64,000 nt of DNA from Octopus bimaculoides. Lineage: Eukaryota. The DNA is taken from contig NC_068998.1 in NCBI RefSeq assembly GCF_001194135.2, positions 40,362,976 through 40,426,975 on the forward strand. The letters are read 5' to 3'. Below the pieces are notes generated by a model. That model saw nothing but the letters and a program-made list of their open reading frames with translations, was not told the origin of the DNA and made no database searches. Positions 26,600 through 39,380 of the stretch are shown here, piece after piece. The stretch's first letter is position 1, and the number at the start of each line of letters is the position of its first letter. Made by a program: the position numbers and the translations under genes.

Positions 26600-27700
26600 A
26601 GTTTGCTTTAGTTTTGATATTCCTCTATGAATATTTCTGAAGAATTAACCACTTTCCTTTGTACTTAAGGTAGTTGCTACTTACATTATTTTGCTTAAAC
26701 TGGTGATATTGATGTTTGGGTTTGTTTTCCTTAAATCTATGATGGTCAGGCTTGCATTTTTTTTTTATCGTTGTTCCAATTTTATCATTGAGTTTTATCC
26801 TTGGGAAGTACATTCATTGAGCCACAGAATATCTTCTATTGAATTTAATGCTTTAATTATTTCCAACTTCAGATTGACATGTTCATGGTTTTCATCTTTA
26901 TTATTTTCTATTTTTAAATAATCTTCCTTATGTTCCTTTCTGTTTATATTTCTATTTGTGTTATTCTATTCTGCTTTTTGTTGGTCACTATTCTGTTTGT
27001 GTGCTAGGGGTTTAATGTGTTTTGCTATTTACTATTCATTTCCTTCTGCATGGGTTATGTCTATTTTCGTGCATTATGTTCACTCTGCTTTTATTTTCAT
27101 TGTTTGTTTTGTGTTTATTATTTGCATTTTCATTAAGTGTTTAGTTTTAAGCATTCTGTTTCTGATTTATTTATTTATTCATTTATTTATTTATTTTACA
27201 TCAAGAATGTATCTTCTTAAGTTAGTCTGTTGGACTCCGATGTTATGTTTAGACAGAGGTTATTTTCTCTTTAAATACTGTATGTGAATATCGTAGTTTT
27301 ATTCTTGGGGTAGAGTGTGGCTATAAAACATGCATGTAGAAATAAAACATATTCCTGTCTTACCCATTTATACCTTTTCTATTTTATTTGCAATACTTGA
27401 GGAATAATGTCTGGAATTCTTTATTTTCATTAGGTATTGTTCTTTTTCCAATAGTGCTGACTTGCATACCCTATTTTTTTTTTGTATATTTTATACATCA
27501 AATTCAAATTATGTATTCCCCTTATAACCTTAGGTTGAATGAGAGAATTTTTATTTGTAATGTTTGTCACTTTTAGTCGGGCTTAGGATGGAATCAGTGT
27601 GGTATTGATATGAACTGTGCTCTGGTAGTTTGTTTAGATGTGGTGTCAGGTCGTCGATCATTGAGAACATTTGTAGTACATTAATTATATGAAATGAAGA
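26600..27700 (-). pseudogene. Heavily decayed LINE 5' region (ORF1-like segment and start of an APE endonuclease)
   Basis: Minus strand gives the broken frames ...TTLSTKESG*FFRNIHRGI and KILSFNLR..., IPDIIPQV, resembling the SFNxRG/PDIxxLQE start of APE; many stops. Confidence 0.4.
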
Positions 27701-27868
27701 TCAATAAATTTTACAAGTATTACTTACACAATTATCATTTTTCAATTTGATTTGTGTTTTTTTAATCAGTGTTATTGGCTATTTTTCAAAGCAGTGAAAT
27801 AGTGTTCCCTCTTACTAAATGCTTCCTAGTATTTTTTTTTTTGTGGTTGTTATTTCTGTTATTTTTAC

Positions 27869-27921
<53 letters not shown>

Positions 27922-27947
27922 TAGTCATCGTCGTCATCAATAACAAC

Positions 27948-28170
27948 AAGGTGGCAAGCTGACTGAATTGTTAGCACAGTGGGCGCAAAATGCTTAGCTG
28001 TATTTCGTCTGCTGCCACATTCTGAGTTCAAATTCCACCAAGGTCGACTTTACCTTTCATCCTTTCAGGGTTGATAAATCAAGTACCAGTTGAGCACTGG
28101 GGTCGATGTGATCGACTGTCCCCCTCCCCACAAAATACAGGCCTTGTATCTATAGTAGAAAAGATTATTA
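27948..28170 (+). mobile_element. SINE-A, full-length, relatively young copy
   Basis: ggtggcaagctgactgaattgttagc head, GAGTTCAAATTCC, tatagtagaaaagattatta end. Confidence 0.9.
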
Positions 28171-28196
28171 TTATTATTGCTATTATTATTATTATT

Positions 28197-28557
28197 GTTC
28201 AGTAGTTTTATTTTTATAACGTGCTTTCACTTCACTACCGAGCGCAGCTCTGTGCGCCTTGGGTATGTGCTGTGGTTTGCTGTGGTGCTCTTATGTTTAC
28301 TGTATTGAAAGTGTTTTGCGTAGAATGTGTGCAGTACCCAGTAGTGCAATTTTCTGTATGTTATATATATTTGTAAGTCCTGGTATTTTTGTTATGTATT
28401 TGTCTGAATATTTTTTTATTATACCTAAGGCACCTACTATGATAGGAATTGTTTCTGTTTTTAGATTCCACATTCGAGTTATCTCTATTTCCAGGTCTTT
28501 GTATTTTGAAAGTTTTTCCATTTCTTTTAGAGAAATGTTGTCATCTGCTGGTATTGA

Positions 28558-28560
<3 letters not shown>
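28197..28560 (-). mobile_element. R4/Dong-clade LINE 3' end with intact-looking C-terminus and 3' UTR
   Basis: ISIPADDNISLKEMEKLSKYKDLEIEITRMWNLKTETIPIIVGALG...QKIALLGTAHILRKTLSIQ*; embedded in (ATT)n on both sides. Confidence 0.9.
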
Positions 28561-28635
<75 letters not shown>

Positions 28636-28644
28636 CATCATCAT

Positions 28645-28845
28645 CAAAGCGGTGAGCTGGCAGAATCATTAGCACATTGGGCGAACTGCTTTGCAATATT
28701 TCATCTGTCTTCACATTGTGAGTTCAAATACTGCCAAGGTCAACTTTGTCTTTCATCCTTTTGGGGTCAATAAAATAAATACCAGCTGAGTATCAGTTAC
28801 CTCCTCCCCAAAACTGTTGACCTTGTTCCAAAAATTTGAAATCAA

Positions 28846-28878
<33 letters not shown>

Positions 28879-29220
28879 AGGTGGCGAGCTAACAGAACTG
28901 TTAGCACGCTGGATGAAATGCTTAGTGGTATTTTATCCGTCACTATATTCTGAGTTCAAATTCCACCAAGGTCGACTTTACCTTTCATCCTTTTGGGGTT
29001 GATAAATCAAGTACCAGTTGAGCACTGGTGTTGATGTGATCAACTGTCCCCCTCCCCACAAAATCCAGGCCTTGTTTCTATAGTAGAAAGGCTTATTATG
29101 GCTGCCCTTGTGGCAAAATTTGAAACCATTATTATTATCATTATTGCTACAGCTGCTGAGGTCAACGTCACCTTTCATCCTTTCAGTGTTAATAAAATAA
29201 AGTGTCAGTCAAGTACTGTA
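28645..29220 (+). mobile_element. Two full and one partial SINE-A copies in tandem, separated by (ATT)n
   Basis: Heads at about 28648 and 28878, each preceded by an ATT/ATC array. Confidence 0.85.
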
Positions 29221-29801
29221 GGTAATGGTTTGAAAACCCTTCTACTCAACCTTCTGGAAATTGCAGCTAAATAATCTTCTTCAATTGAGCTCCACTTTCT
29301 TTTGAAAAAAAGAGCACATTAAAGTCCTGTAGAAAAAGAAAAATAATGTGATTGTCATATCTTGAATATCTTTGATCATAAGTCTGCTCAGTCAGGGTTG
29401 ATTTGTGGCTAAACAACTACCAATAACAACAGTAACAACTTCTGTTAATTAATATGTATAGAATTGAGTGTAATAAGCAACTGTATAATGAAACACCAGC
29501 AGTAGATATTTCAACTTGAGGTTTTTTTTTATACTTGTATCACAATACCATAATCACTAAGTATTTCACTTCCATTGGCCATACCAGGTAACAACAGATG
29601 GCTTTCTGGTGGTCGGTATGTACACAATACCAATAGTTAGTGACTCGGATTGAAGATAACAAAATTGAGTCATTTGATTTAGCTTGTTTAATGAGCTAAT
29701 CAGTGATGGTTCCTTCATCAGCTTCAAGGACAAACATTCTATTGTTCAATCAATTACTTACTTGTTAAATTAATTTATTGATTGAGCAACAAAATCTAAA
29801 T

Positions 29802-30012
29802 CAGTGGTTCTTAACTCATGGACCCCATTGATTCCTATTTTACTCTACTACACCTCCATGTTAAAATTTTTTTTATTTTTATAAATAAATATCAAGAACT
29901 GTATATAAAAAAAAAATGTTAAAATACTTAGTGTGTTTTAGAAGTATAGTGAATTTAATACTCCTGAACTTTAACAACAAAATCTTATATAGACCCCAGT
30001 TGAGAACTATTG
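29802..30012. mobile_element. hAT (Charlie-like) MITE
   Basis: TIRs CAGTGGTTCTTAAC ... GTTGAGAACTATTG and a perfect 8-bp TSD ATCTAAAT at 29794-29801 and 30013-30020. Confidence 0.9.
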
Positions 30013-30322
30013 ATCTAAATGGTTGAGTATCCCACAAGTGTATGCATGCATATCAAACTGATACAATATATGACAAGGTTGTACTTTTGGATTACAACCT
30101 ATAATAAATTTGACAGGCTTCCATACAGTTTCCAAGAGTGAAGCTTCAACTTCCTGCCAAACAATATGTATAACATATATTGACTTCACCCTTCATTCTT
30201 GTTTCCAAAAAACACACGCACACACATTCTGCAGTAGTAATATTCATGATTATATCGTACACATCTTCCTTTACTTATGCACAAACACAATTATCCTCAA
30301 CACTTTATTCTATTTCATTCAG

Positions 30323-30475
30323 GTACAATATCAGCCCTTTCCAATCAACCCCAGCAGTTATTTAGTCAACCGCAAGTGGCACCACAGTTTTTCATTGCTG
30401 GTCAGCATTTAACCCAAGGACAAACTACAGGTTCATCTCTACCAGTCCAACAGCTTCTGATTCCTGTCTCTACAG
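30323..30475 (+). CDS. POU6: Coding exon of the probable POU6 gene: (G)TISALSNQPQQLFSQPQVAPQFFIAGQHLTQGQTTGSSLPVQQLLIPVST(G)
   Basis: tttcattcAG acceptor, 153 nt (phase 1-1), ACAG|GTAAGT consensus donor, Gln-rich open frame. Confidence 0.85.
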
Positions 30476-30659
30476 GTAAGTGATTCCTGTTTTAATATAT
30501 CTCCTACATTTGCTTCTAAGTACATAGTCATTTCTCTACAACTAAAATGACCAAATAAATCCAGTAATATTTATATTAATTCAATTAGGCTTGATTAAAA
30601 TGATCTCCCTTATTTTTGGTGCCACATAAAAAGCTACTGTACCGGCACTAATTAAAAGG

Positions 30660-31015
30660 TGGTTGCGTAGTATACTTAAAATCAGATGGCCCGAACACAT
30701 AAGCAATATGGAGCTATGGCAAAGAACGAATCAAGTTCCAATTAGAGAGCAAATATTTAAGAAAACGTGGAAGTGGATTGGTAACACAATTAGAAAGGAC
30801 ACACCAAATGCAGCGAAAAGTGCTTTACAGTGGAATCCGGATGGATATAGAAAGAGAGGTAGCCTAAGAACTCGTGGCATAGATCAACACAAAAGGAACT
30901 AGAGAAAGGGGGACATTCATGGCAGAGTATAAGTACAGAAGCGAGAAATTATGCGACATGGAATTTAGTTATAAGTGGCCTATACTCCGCGTTGGAGGGT
31001 TAAAGGCAAGAAGAA
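30660..31015 (+). mobile_element. RTE-clade LINE 3' end, SR2/RTE-1 type (different from the RTE family at 19176 and 63082)
   Basis: LRSILKIRWPEHISNMELWQRTNQVPIREQIFKKTWKWIGNTIRKD...ALQWNPDGYRKRG and a terminal gtggcctatactcc...ggcaagaagaag. Confidence 0.85.
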
Positions 31016-31507
31016 GTGCTGGTGCCATATAAAAAGCACCCAGGATACTCTGTAAAATGGTTGGCATTAGGAAGGGCATCCAACCATAGAAACCATGCCA
31101 ACCAGACAACAACAAAATCAAGAAAGTAAGTTTAGAGTAGTAATGGGCAATATAGAAAAGATTGAGACCTAAAATATTCAAGAATGGGTGTGGTTTGGAA
31201 TTGAGTAGTAGGAAGAAAAGGATTGTTATTGGTATGGGGAATGTATTGTGGTCATAAGAATCTATTCAACTGATGTGGCAACAGATTTGTGAATTACCAG
31301 AATGCTGTCATCCAAATTTATTTGGGTAAAGGGATGGGGGAGTTTGGGGTCTGTTGTTCCATAGAACAAAAGACGCCAACACAGGCATGCCTACATACAT
31401 CTACAATACATACACACACCCACACACATATATACATATAAATACACATACATGCATATAATATATTTGTGTGTATGTGTGTGTGTATATATGTGTATGT
31501 ATATATA

Positions 31508-31554
<47 letters not shown>

Positions 31555-31567
31555 TCATCATCATATA

Positions 31568-31619
<52 letters not shown>

Positions 31620-31950
31620 CATATATTTATATATATATATATATATACATTTTGTATAATTTTTCCATTATATATATGTATATATATACATACATACACA
31701 TGTACATATACATGTACATATACATTTACATATAAATATACCTACACTCCTATACACACACGCACATATATATACATACACACATACATACACATGCACA
31801 CTTAAAGTAAACACTCACCTGCATATAAATACATACACAGACATATGCATGTGCATTTATGCACACACATGCACATGTGTAGAAAAAAATGGCAGAGGGG
31901 GTTACAACAAGCACATAAGGAAAAAACAAGAAGAATAAAATATATATATC

Positions 31951-31986
<36 letters not shown>

Positions 31987-33573
31987 AGAAGGGAAATCAC
32001 ATACTACTAGGGAATGAAGATTTTGTTAAAGACAATGTCTAATGAAAACATTTATTTACATTACTTGGTTGTGTTGGCATAAATCTTTAGTAATTATTTC
32101 TGTTTTAACATTGTTTCTGTGACTTGTTTATTGATCTGTGAAAATCATAGATGACAGTGTTGTTATGATGTCAACCTATTAGCTAAAGGATCTTTGTATA
32201 TTCCATCACTGGCACTGCACTTAACTCTCAGAATCCCAACCCATTTAGCTGCAAATAAATATTCTGGAAGAGAATATTTTTCATTCTTAAGTGTTCAGCC
32301 AACTACTTCCTTGTCAGAAGTTTATTTAAGTAGAGCTGACTGAGACAAACAAACAACAACAGGTGTAAACTATGTAGTTTGCTATAACTAAAAGTACTAT
32401 GGTAACTTGGTGCCATTGTATGCTATAGATCACTATTGTATTTGGTGGTGATTGGTGCACTGCATAACAACTAATGAATATTTCATTAGCTGACAATGTG
32501 TGTTCAAAGGCATGTTTGAAGTGCTGGCTTACTATCCAGGAGAAGAGCTATTTCATCAATTAATTAAATTTATGACCAAATTTACATACAACACCACAGA
32601 ACCATTGAACTAATGATTAATTCTGTTAAGAAAATGCATTTAGTGTAGCTTTAGAAACAAAAGTTTCTAATGAAGGGTGGTCAGTCGATATAATATCATT
32701 TATTCTTTTTAATGGAAATACAACTTGAAGAATTTTGTCTCCTCACCAGTTGCTACTTGTCTAGTCTAGGTTTTATTTTCAACATCATATCATATAAGTT
32801 CAGCAAATATTGAGTGGGAAGGAAACAACCAGCTTGGTTCATTCTGTAATTATTATTGTCTTGAAGGAGCAGCAAAATTAGCTGTAGACAATACTAATGG
32901 TAAAATGACGTAGGTCTAATGAGATTTTTGCATCATTTGCTCTGGCTGCCATCATCATCATCATATTGGAATTGAAGTCAAATCTGACCATTAGTCTCTT
33001 CTTAATTGTAACAAGTATGGTCAGCGAAGAAGGGAGAGGGTTTGGAAACATCTTTACATCAATTACAGTAACCATAGCAATTAATAGCCCAATTATACAA
33101 TAACTATTTCCATGTGCATGTGTGAGGGGTGGAGAAGGACTGATGCCACTTCAGTGCCACAGAACTACTTTTTGTGTGTGTGCAAATGTATGAGAGAGGT
33201 GGCGGGGAGGGGGTTCTTGGAGGGTATGGGCTGTAAACCCACTTTGGTACCACTGAACTTTATCTAGCAGTGTGTGTATAAGACTTGAGGGGAGGGACTG
33301 TAATGTTAATTTAAAGCCACTGGCAAAATTGAGGGTCATAAAATGAACCTTCAGATCAAACTACACCAAAGCTTTATTTTGGAAGAAAATGTACATGCTG
33401 CATTTGTGTCACTCCATGTTAATTCAATGAAAGCAACATTAATGACTATACATTGGAAGAAGAACAATGATATACATACATGTATGTATATATACATGTA
33501 TCTAAAATATACATACAATGTATATATGTACATATATAATGTGTGTGTATAAGTATATATGTGAGTATATGTA

Positions 33574-33624
<51 letters not shown>

Positions 33625-33804
33625 TTCAAGACAGTGCTCCAGCATGCCACAGTCAAATGACTGAAACAAGTAAAAGAATAAATATACATTCACACACACA
33701 CACACACGCACNNNNNNNNNNNNNNNNNNNNNNNNNNNNNNNNNNNNNNNNNNNNNNNNNNNNNNNNNNNNNTATATATATATATATATATACATTATAT
33801 ATAT

Positions 33805-34100
33805 GAAAGCACATGGTTAGAGTGTTGTTGGTCTTACAATTGTGAGGTTGTGAGTTTGATTCCCAGACCAGGCTGTGTATCGTGTTCTTGTGCAAGACAC
33901 TTTATTTCACATTGCTCCAGTTCGTGCAGCTATAGAAATGAGCTGCAATGTCACTGGTGCCAATTTATATCTGCTTTACCTTTCCCTTGAATGACATTGT
34001 TGGCATGGAGAGGGGAGGGCTGTATGCACAGGCTACTGCTGGTCTTCCACAAGCAACCTTGCTCGGACTTGTTCCTTGGAGAGGAAATTACTAGGTGCAA
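33805..34100 (+). mobile_element. Third tRNA-derived SINE family (here family D); older copy at about 7680-7860
   Basis: B-box-like gtgagtttgattccc followed by gtgttcttgtgcaagacactttatttcac...gctccagttc..cagct. Confidence 0.6.
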
Positions 34101-34508
34101 TCCTATCATTATTCATAACCAAAGGGGGTCTTTACCTTCTATACATATATATGTACTTGAGAAGATATGTCACTGTACTTGAGAAGACATGTCAGACTTA
34201 GTGAAATCGTAGTTGTTGCCAATGCTGATGATATGTTAAAGGCACCCAATACACTCTGCGGAGTGTTTGGCACTGGAAAGGGCATATAGCCATAGAAACC
34301 AAGCCAAAACAGACCGGAGCCTGGTACAGCTCTCCGACTTCCAGTCAAACCATCTCTAACACATGAGAGCATGTAAAATGGACACTAAATGGCAATGATG
34401 ATTATATATATATATATATATATACACACCACCTGTACTCGTCTGTTGTTGTTTTTTTCGTAAATTCTCCCATATATATGTACATCATATATACATATAT
34501 ATATACAT

Positions 34509-34553
<45 letters not shown>

Positions 34554-34554
34554 T

Positions 34555-34947
34555 CATCAGCCTTTTCCTGTAGTTCTATTGCTCTGGCACTCCTGTTGAT
34601 AACAGTGGCCTTGGTTTTAAATAGCATAAACCACTAAGATGTCTCGGAAACAAACTGATGAGAAAATCAGCTGCAAATGTTCCTTGTATCATGTTTTGTC
34701 TCCATTTTCTGTCTATTATGTTTTTGCCCAGTTTCATCTTTTTTCCTTTCTCTGTCTAACTTTTGAAGTAAATACATATATCCTTCTTTAGACTTTTTCT
34801 ATATTTCTGATGAAGAGTTCCACTCGAAACTTGAAATCCTCTTTCTTTTCTTTCCTTTCCTGAGCGTCCAATAACACTGTACTTATTCCATGTCCTCGCG
34901 TTGTTATTTTTTTGTATTTTTTCTTGCTTGTTCATGTTTGGATTGAC
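34555..34947 (+). mobile_element. Short (TA)n-inserted element carrying a hammerhead-like motif (subfamily 1)
   Basis: Bounded by (TA)n on both sides; shares cctgagcgt...aataac and a T-rich 3' part with the adjacent element. Confidence 0.6.
34803..34837 (+). ncRNA. Degenerate minimal type-I hammerhead ribozyme fold (Penelope-associated variant)
   Basis: AUUU-CUGAUGA-A-GAGU-ucc-ACUC-GAAAC-UUG-AAAU: stems I and II pair, but the stem III palindrome and cleavage triplet are broken. Confidence 0.6.
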
Positions 34948-34961
34948 TATATATATATATT

Positions 34962-35152
34962 CGCCATGATAGATCGCTAACCACTACACATTCTTTATTT
35001 TCTCTCCTTGTTTCTTTCTGTGTTCCTTTCTGTGGAAGAGCATAGGCTCGAAACGTTAAAGACTTTTTCACTTCCCGAGCGTAAAACTAATACATCTGTT
35101 TGTTGTCTACACCACCTGCCTTTGTCTTTTGTTTTTTGTGAATTCTCCCCCT
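34962..35152 (+). mobile_element. Short (TA)n-inserted element carrying a hammerhead-like motif (subfamily 2); a 3' end fragment of the same family lies at about 34430-34472
   Basis: Bounded by (TA)n; the 3' end acaccacctg...gtaaattctccca matches 34430-34472. Confidence 0.65.
35026..35061 (+). ncRNA. Minimal type-I hammerhead-like fold with variant core CUGUGGA
   Basis: CUUU-CUGUGGA-A-GAGC-auag-GCUC-GAAAC-GUU-AAAG: perfect stem I (4 bp), perfect stem II (4 bp), palindromic AACGUU stem III, GUU cleavage triplet; core A6 is replaced by U. Confidence 0.65.
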
Positions 35153-35160
35153 ATACATAC

Positions 35161-35201
<41 letters not shown>

Positions 35202-35229
35202 ATATATCTATATATACACATATATAAAA

Positions 35230-35266
<37 letters not shown>

Positions 35267-36999
35267 GATTTTGATATTTGTTTATAACCATCACAAAATG
35301 TGAAGATGAAGGCACACACACATACATATGCAAAAATATATGCACATATTTGGTAGGCCTAGTGCTTTTGGTAGGCCCAGGGCTTTAGTAAAATACACCT
35401 TCTTAAGTCAGATGGTTGGGAAGCAAGCTCTTTTCAGTCACACAGCCATACCTCTGCCCATACTCTTTTGTGTGTGTGTGTGTATCATAATTTCATCAAT
35501 AGTTGCAACACCTTTGTCCTGACCAGTTTTGGAAGCATGTATGCAGTTCAGTTCATTGTGCTGTGGTTTGGTTGCCAGATGTTGTCTTGGCTGGCGGGCA
35601 ACTCTGGGTCAAAGTTATAAATCATTTAATTAACTCTACTGTATGTGTATTTAGCTTGTAGGATGCACCCCCTTCCACCCTCAGGTATTTTCCTTCAGCC
35701 CTATTGTTGCTATAAATTAATGGTTGTTGGCACTAAGCTGTCAGGAGTCAGATTTATTGGTGCTTTCGTTTTATTAAACTTATGCACATGTAACATTTCA
35801 CAGCTGCATGTATATGTGTATGTGCACACATGTGCGCATGTGTGTGTGAGTGTGTATATTAATAAAGATATGTATATTATGTGTGTGTGTGTTTGTATAG
35901 TTATATATAATAACAATGAAACCTTAAATTGAAGGATCACTCAATACTTTCCAGTAAAGTAATATATTTGTTTCATTTTACCAAGGGAAAGGTTGATAGT
36001 CCTTTCAAAGTTTCAGCTATGTAACTTTCATTGGACAATTAAATGAAGGCTACATAGCTGGAACTTCAAAGTAGCTTGGAAAAGGTGTGTGTGTGCATGT
36101 GCATGCACATTAGACACAAATATGCATGCACATACATACCTATGCTCTACTCTAGAAATTCATAGCAAACTAATACATACACACACATAAACACTTGCAT
36201 GTGCAAGCACACATACCAGCAGCAGCAGCAGCAACAAATAATTGAGTATATAAGTTGTGTTGGTCATGTCACTATTCAGTCCACATGTATATCAGTGTCA
36301 TAAGCAAATACATGTTGATGATGTCATGCATAAAGAAAAAACAAAGTAACAGCCTAAGCAGAATTTTATTCTGCTACAAAACAAACATATCTGTGACTAT
36401 AAGCAGTCTCATTAATATACACACATACATTTAGAATATAAACGTATAGTTCTCTACAAGGTAGGTGTAACACTAATGTCCATAGATGTTAGATGTATAT
36501 TGTCAGCCAATCAGGAGTGTTGATTTAAAAGCATCACCTAATTTGTTTGCTGCAGAAATACATCATACAAAACACATTGCTATCATATCTATGGTTCCAG
36601 GACATTGCTAGACTGTAAAATTTCAAATATATATATATGTATGAAAACACAAGCAAAGTTGCAAACAGTATTCACAAAAAAGCGATGTGTGACTTCTGAA
36701 TGGGTCAAAAGCTGCAGCCAAAATATTATATTCATTTATATACTCAAAGGTGGTGTGATTTATTCTTTCACTATGACTTGTCAACCGGTGCATCTAATAT
36801 AGGTGTCTGTATGGTAACTTATGTAATTATGAGCTGGCAAGTAAGCTTTCATGTGGTTATTCAATAAGTTAGAAATAGCCACCAGTCTCCTCCCTTGTCG
36901 TACATCCTACAGTCTTACTGAAAGTAAATTGAACAATGTTGTTTTGTAGACATTATGCCTGAGTCAAAATTACTGGATGATCATAGCTGCAGTGTATCT

Positions 37000-37405
37000 T
37001 TTATCTGTTATCTTTCACTTGTTTCAGTCATTACACTGCTGCCATACTGGAGCACCACCTTGAAGAGTTATTAGTTGACTGAATCAAACCCAGTAATTTG
37101 TTTTTTTTTAAGTCTGGTACTTATTCTATCAGTCTCTTTTGCCAAACCAATAAGTTACAAGGATGTAAGCAAACCAACACACGTTGTCAAATGGTGGTGG
37201 AGGACAAACACAGAAACAAAGACACACACACACATATATATGATGGGCTTCTTTCAGTTTCCATCTACCAGATCCACTCACAAGGCTTTGGTGAGCCTGT
37301 GGCTATTATAGAAGACACTTGTCCAATGTGCCATACAATGGGACTGAACCCAGAACCATGTGGTTGAGAAGCATCTTCTTACCACACAGCCAAGCCTGTG
37401 CCTGT
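37000..37405 (-). mobile_element. CORE-type SINE (family B), full length
   Basis: Homologous to 8693-9103. Confidence 0.85.
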
Positions 37406-38294
37406 ATGCTGAGAGTACTTTTATTGTGTGATTACAGTTTTGATAGGTCAGCATCTTTGGTAAAAAGCATTCCAGCTATGATGATCCTCTTTTTCAGGCA
37501 TTGTGTACCTTGGACGTCATTATCCAATGTGCCCTTTTTAAAAAAAATTTCAGGCAATAAGGTATAATTTAAGAGAGATTTGACTGCAACGTCAAGCAGG
37601 TCAAGCAATCATATAGAGACTCCCTCAGTATTTCTGTCATTCTGTTAATACTGGCATCATTGATGAAGATGGTATTGATCATAGAGTTGTTAACGATGAT
37701 GGTGGATGTGATAGTTGTAGTATTGGTGGTGGTTTTGAAAGTGAAGTCTGTTGTGCTATTAGTGGTGATAATGAGGTAATGGTTGTATTACAGTAGTGGT
37801 GGTAGAGGTGATGGCAGTTGCTGTTGTTGTTGTTGTTGTTGTGGTTGTGGTGGTGATGATAGTGGCTGTGGCATTGGTGGCTGTTATAGTGGTGCTGACT
37901 ATCACAGTGCTTGCAATGATGGTGGAGGTAGTGGTGGCTATCATAGTCATAGAAGTAGACATCATTGTGGAGGTGGGGGTGGTCGTCATCATCATCATCA
38001 TCATCATCATCATTATGTAGTAGTGAATCCACTGTGTCCCCTCCTATGTGTAAAATTTATGTCAGACACTGAGTGAAGATATAAACCAATCCATGAAAAA
38101 CTTCCCATCTGAACTGAGACAGTTATGGCCTCAACAAAACACTTTGTGTTTAACGACTTTTAAATAGTCAATTCTGATGGGGGTGTATTTTCAGCTGGCA
38201 AACTGATTAATGCAGTAGTTGCAGTGGTGATGAAGGTGGTGGCAAGTGGAGCACCACGAGGGTATGGTGTTGTAGTGGTGTTATGTTTGTGTAA

Positions 38295-38379
<85 letters not shown>

Positions 38380-39130
38380 GCATGATGATGAGGCAGAAAG
38401 TATGTGCAGACATGTTAGTATGTGTGTATGTGAATGTTTGGGTACCCATATGCATGCAGCTATCTGATAGTATAAACTTAATTCATAGATACATGTATGT
38501 GTGTGATTGTATATGTATACATATTTATCATGCATTTATGCACACACACACATATATGCACACACACACACAAACATACACACACACATGTAAATATATT
38601 CTCATATTCTTTTACTCGTTCCAGTCATTCCACTTGAGTAATGTCTCCTTGAGAGTTTAGTCAATCACACCAGTCCCAATATTTACAGCAGTCTGGTACC
38701 TATTTTGAACCACTAAGTTATAGAGCACAAAGGGACACAAACGTAAAAAAAAAACACTAGATAATAGACCTTAGATAAAATTTCACTTACAAGCTTTGGT
38801 TAGTTCCAGGCTAGAGTAGAAGACATTTGCCCAAGATGCTATGCAATAAGATGAAATGGAACAATTGGTTGTGAAATGAACCGCTTAACCTTTCAGACAT
38901 CCACTCAAAATTTCATTTCCCTTAACTGCAGAAAGTAGTTTTATATCTTTCTGTCTTTTGTTGAGAAATGTCATGCTTGAAACTAATTTTTGCTGAGATA
39001 TGTCAAGTTTCTTGAGGCAATGTAACTTGCTGAAAATACCAATTTATTTTTTAACATCATTACTGGAATAACCATGAAATTTAACTTTGCCATTAAAGGG
39101 TTAACCATACAACCATTATGTCTATGCCTA

Positions 39131-39180
<50 letters not shown>

Positions 39181-39238
39181 CAATGTATCGTATATCCAAA
39201 AAAGAAGCACATTCTAAGCATAGAGCAGTAATGTATTA

Positions 39239-39341
39239 AAAGTAATTAAGTTTATGTCCGGTCATAGAGTGACCAATGGAGACATCCGCCTTTGTGGGTG
39301 CAAAACCATTGGTCACTTTATGACCAGACATAAACTTAATT

Positions 39342-39346
<5 letters not shown>
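39239..39346. repeat. 41-bp inverted repeat (2 mismatches) with 26-nt spacer; MITE-like foldback
   Basis: aaagtaattaagtttatgtccggtcatagagtgaccaatgg (39239-39279) versus ccattggtcactttatgaccagacataaacttaattacttt (39306-39346). Confidence 0.9.

Positions 39347-39380
<34 letters not shown>

Noticed and set aside
30617-31037. Apparent 18-bp TSD (tggtgccac/tataaaaagc) around the SR2-like RTE
   Set aside because: The motif is not flush with the element ends and is naturally repeated inside the host family C SINE.
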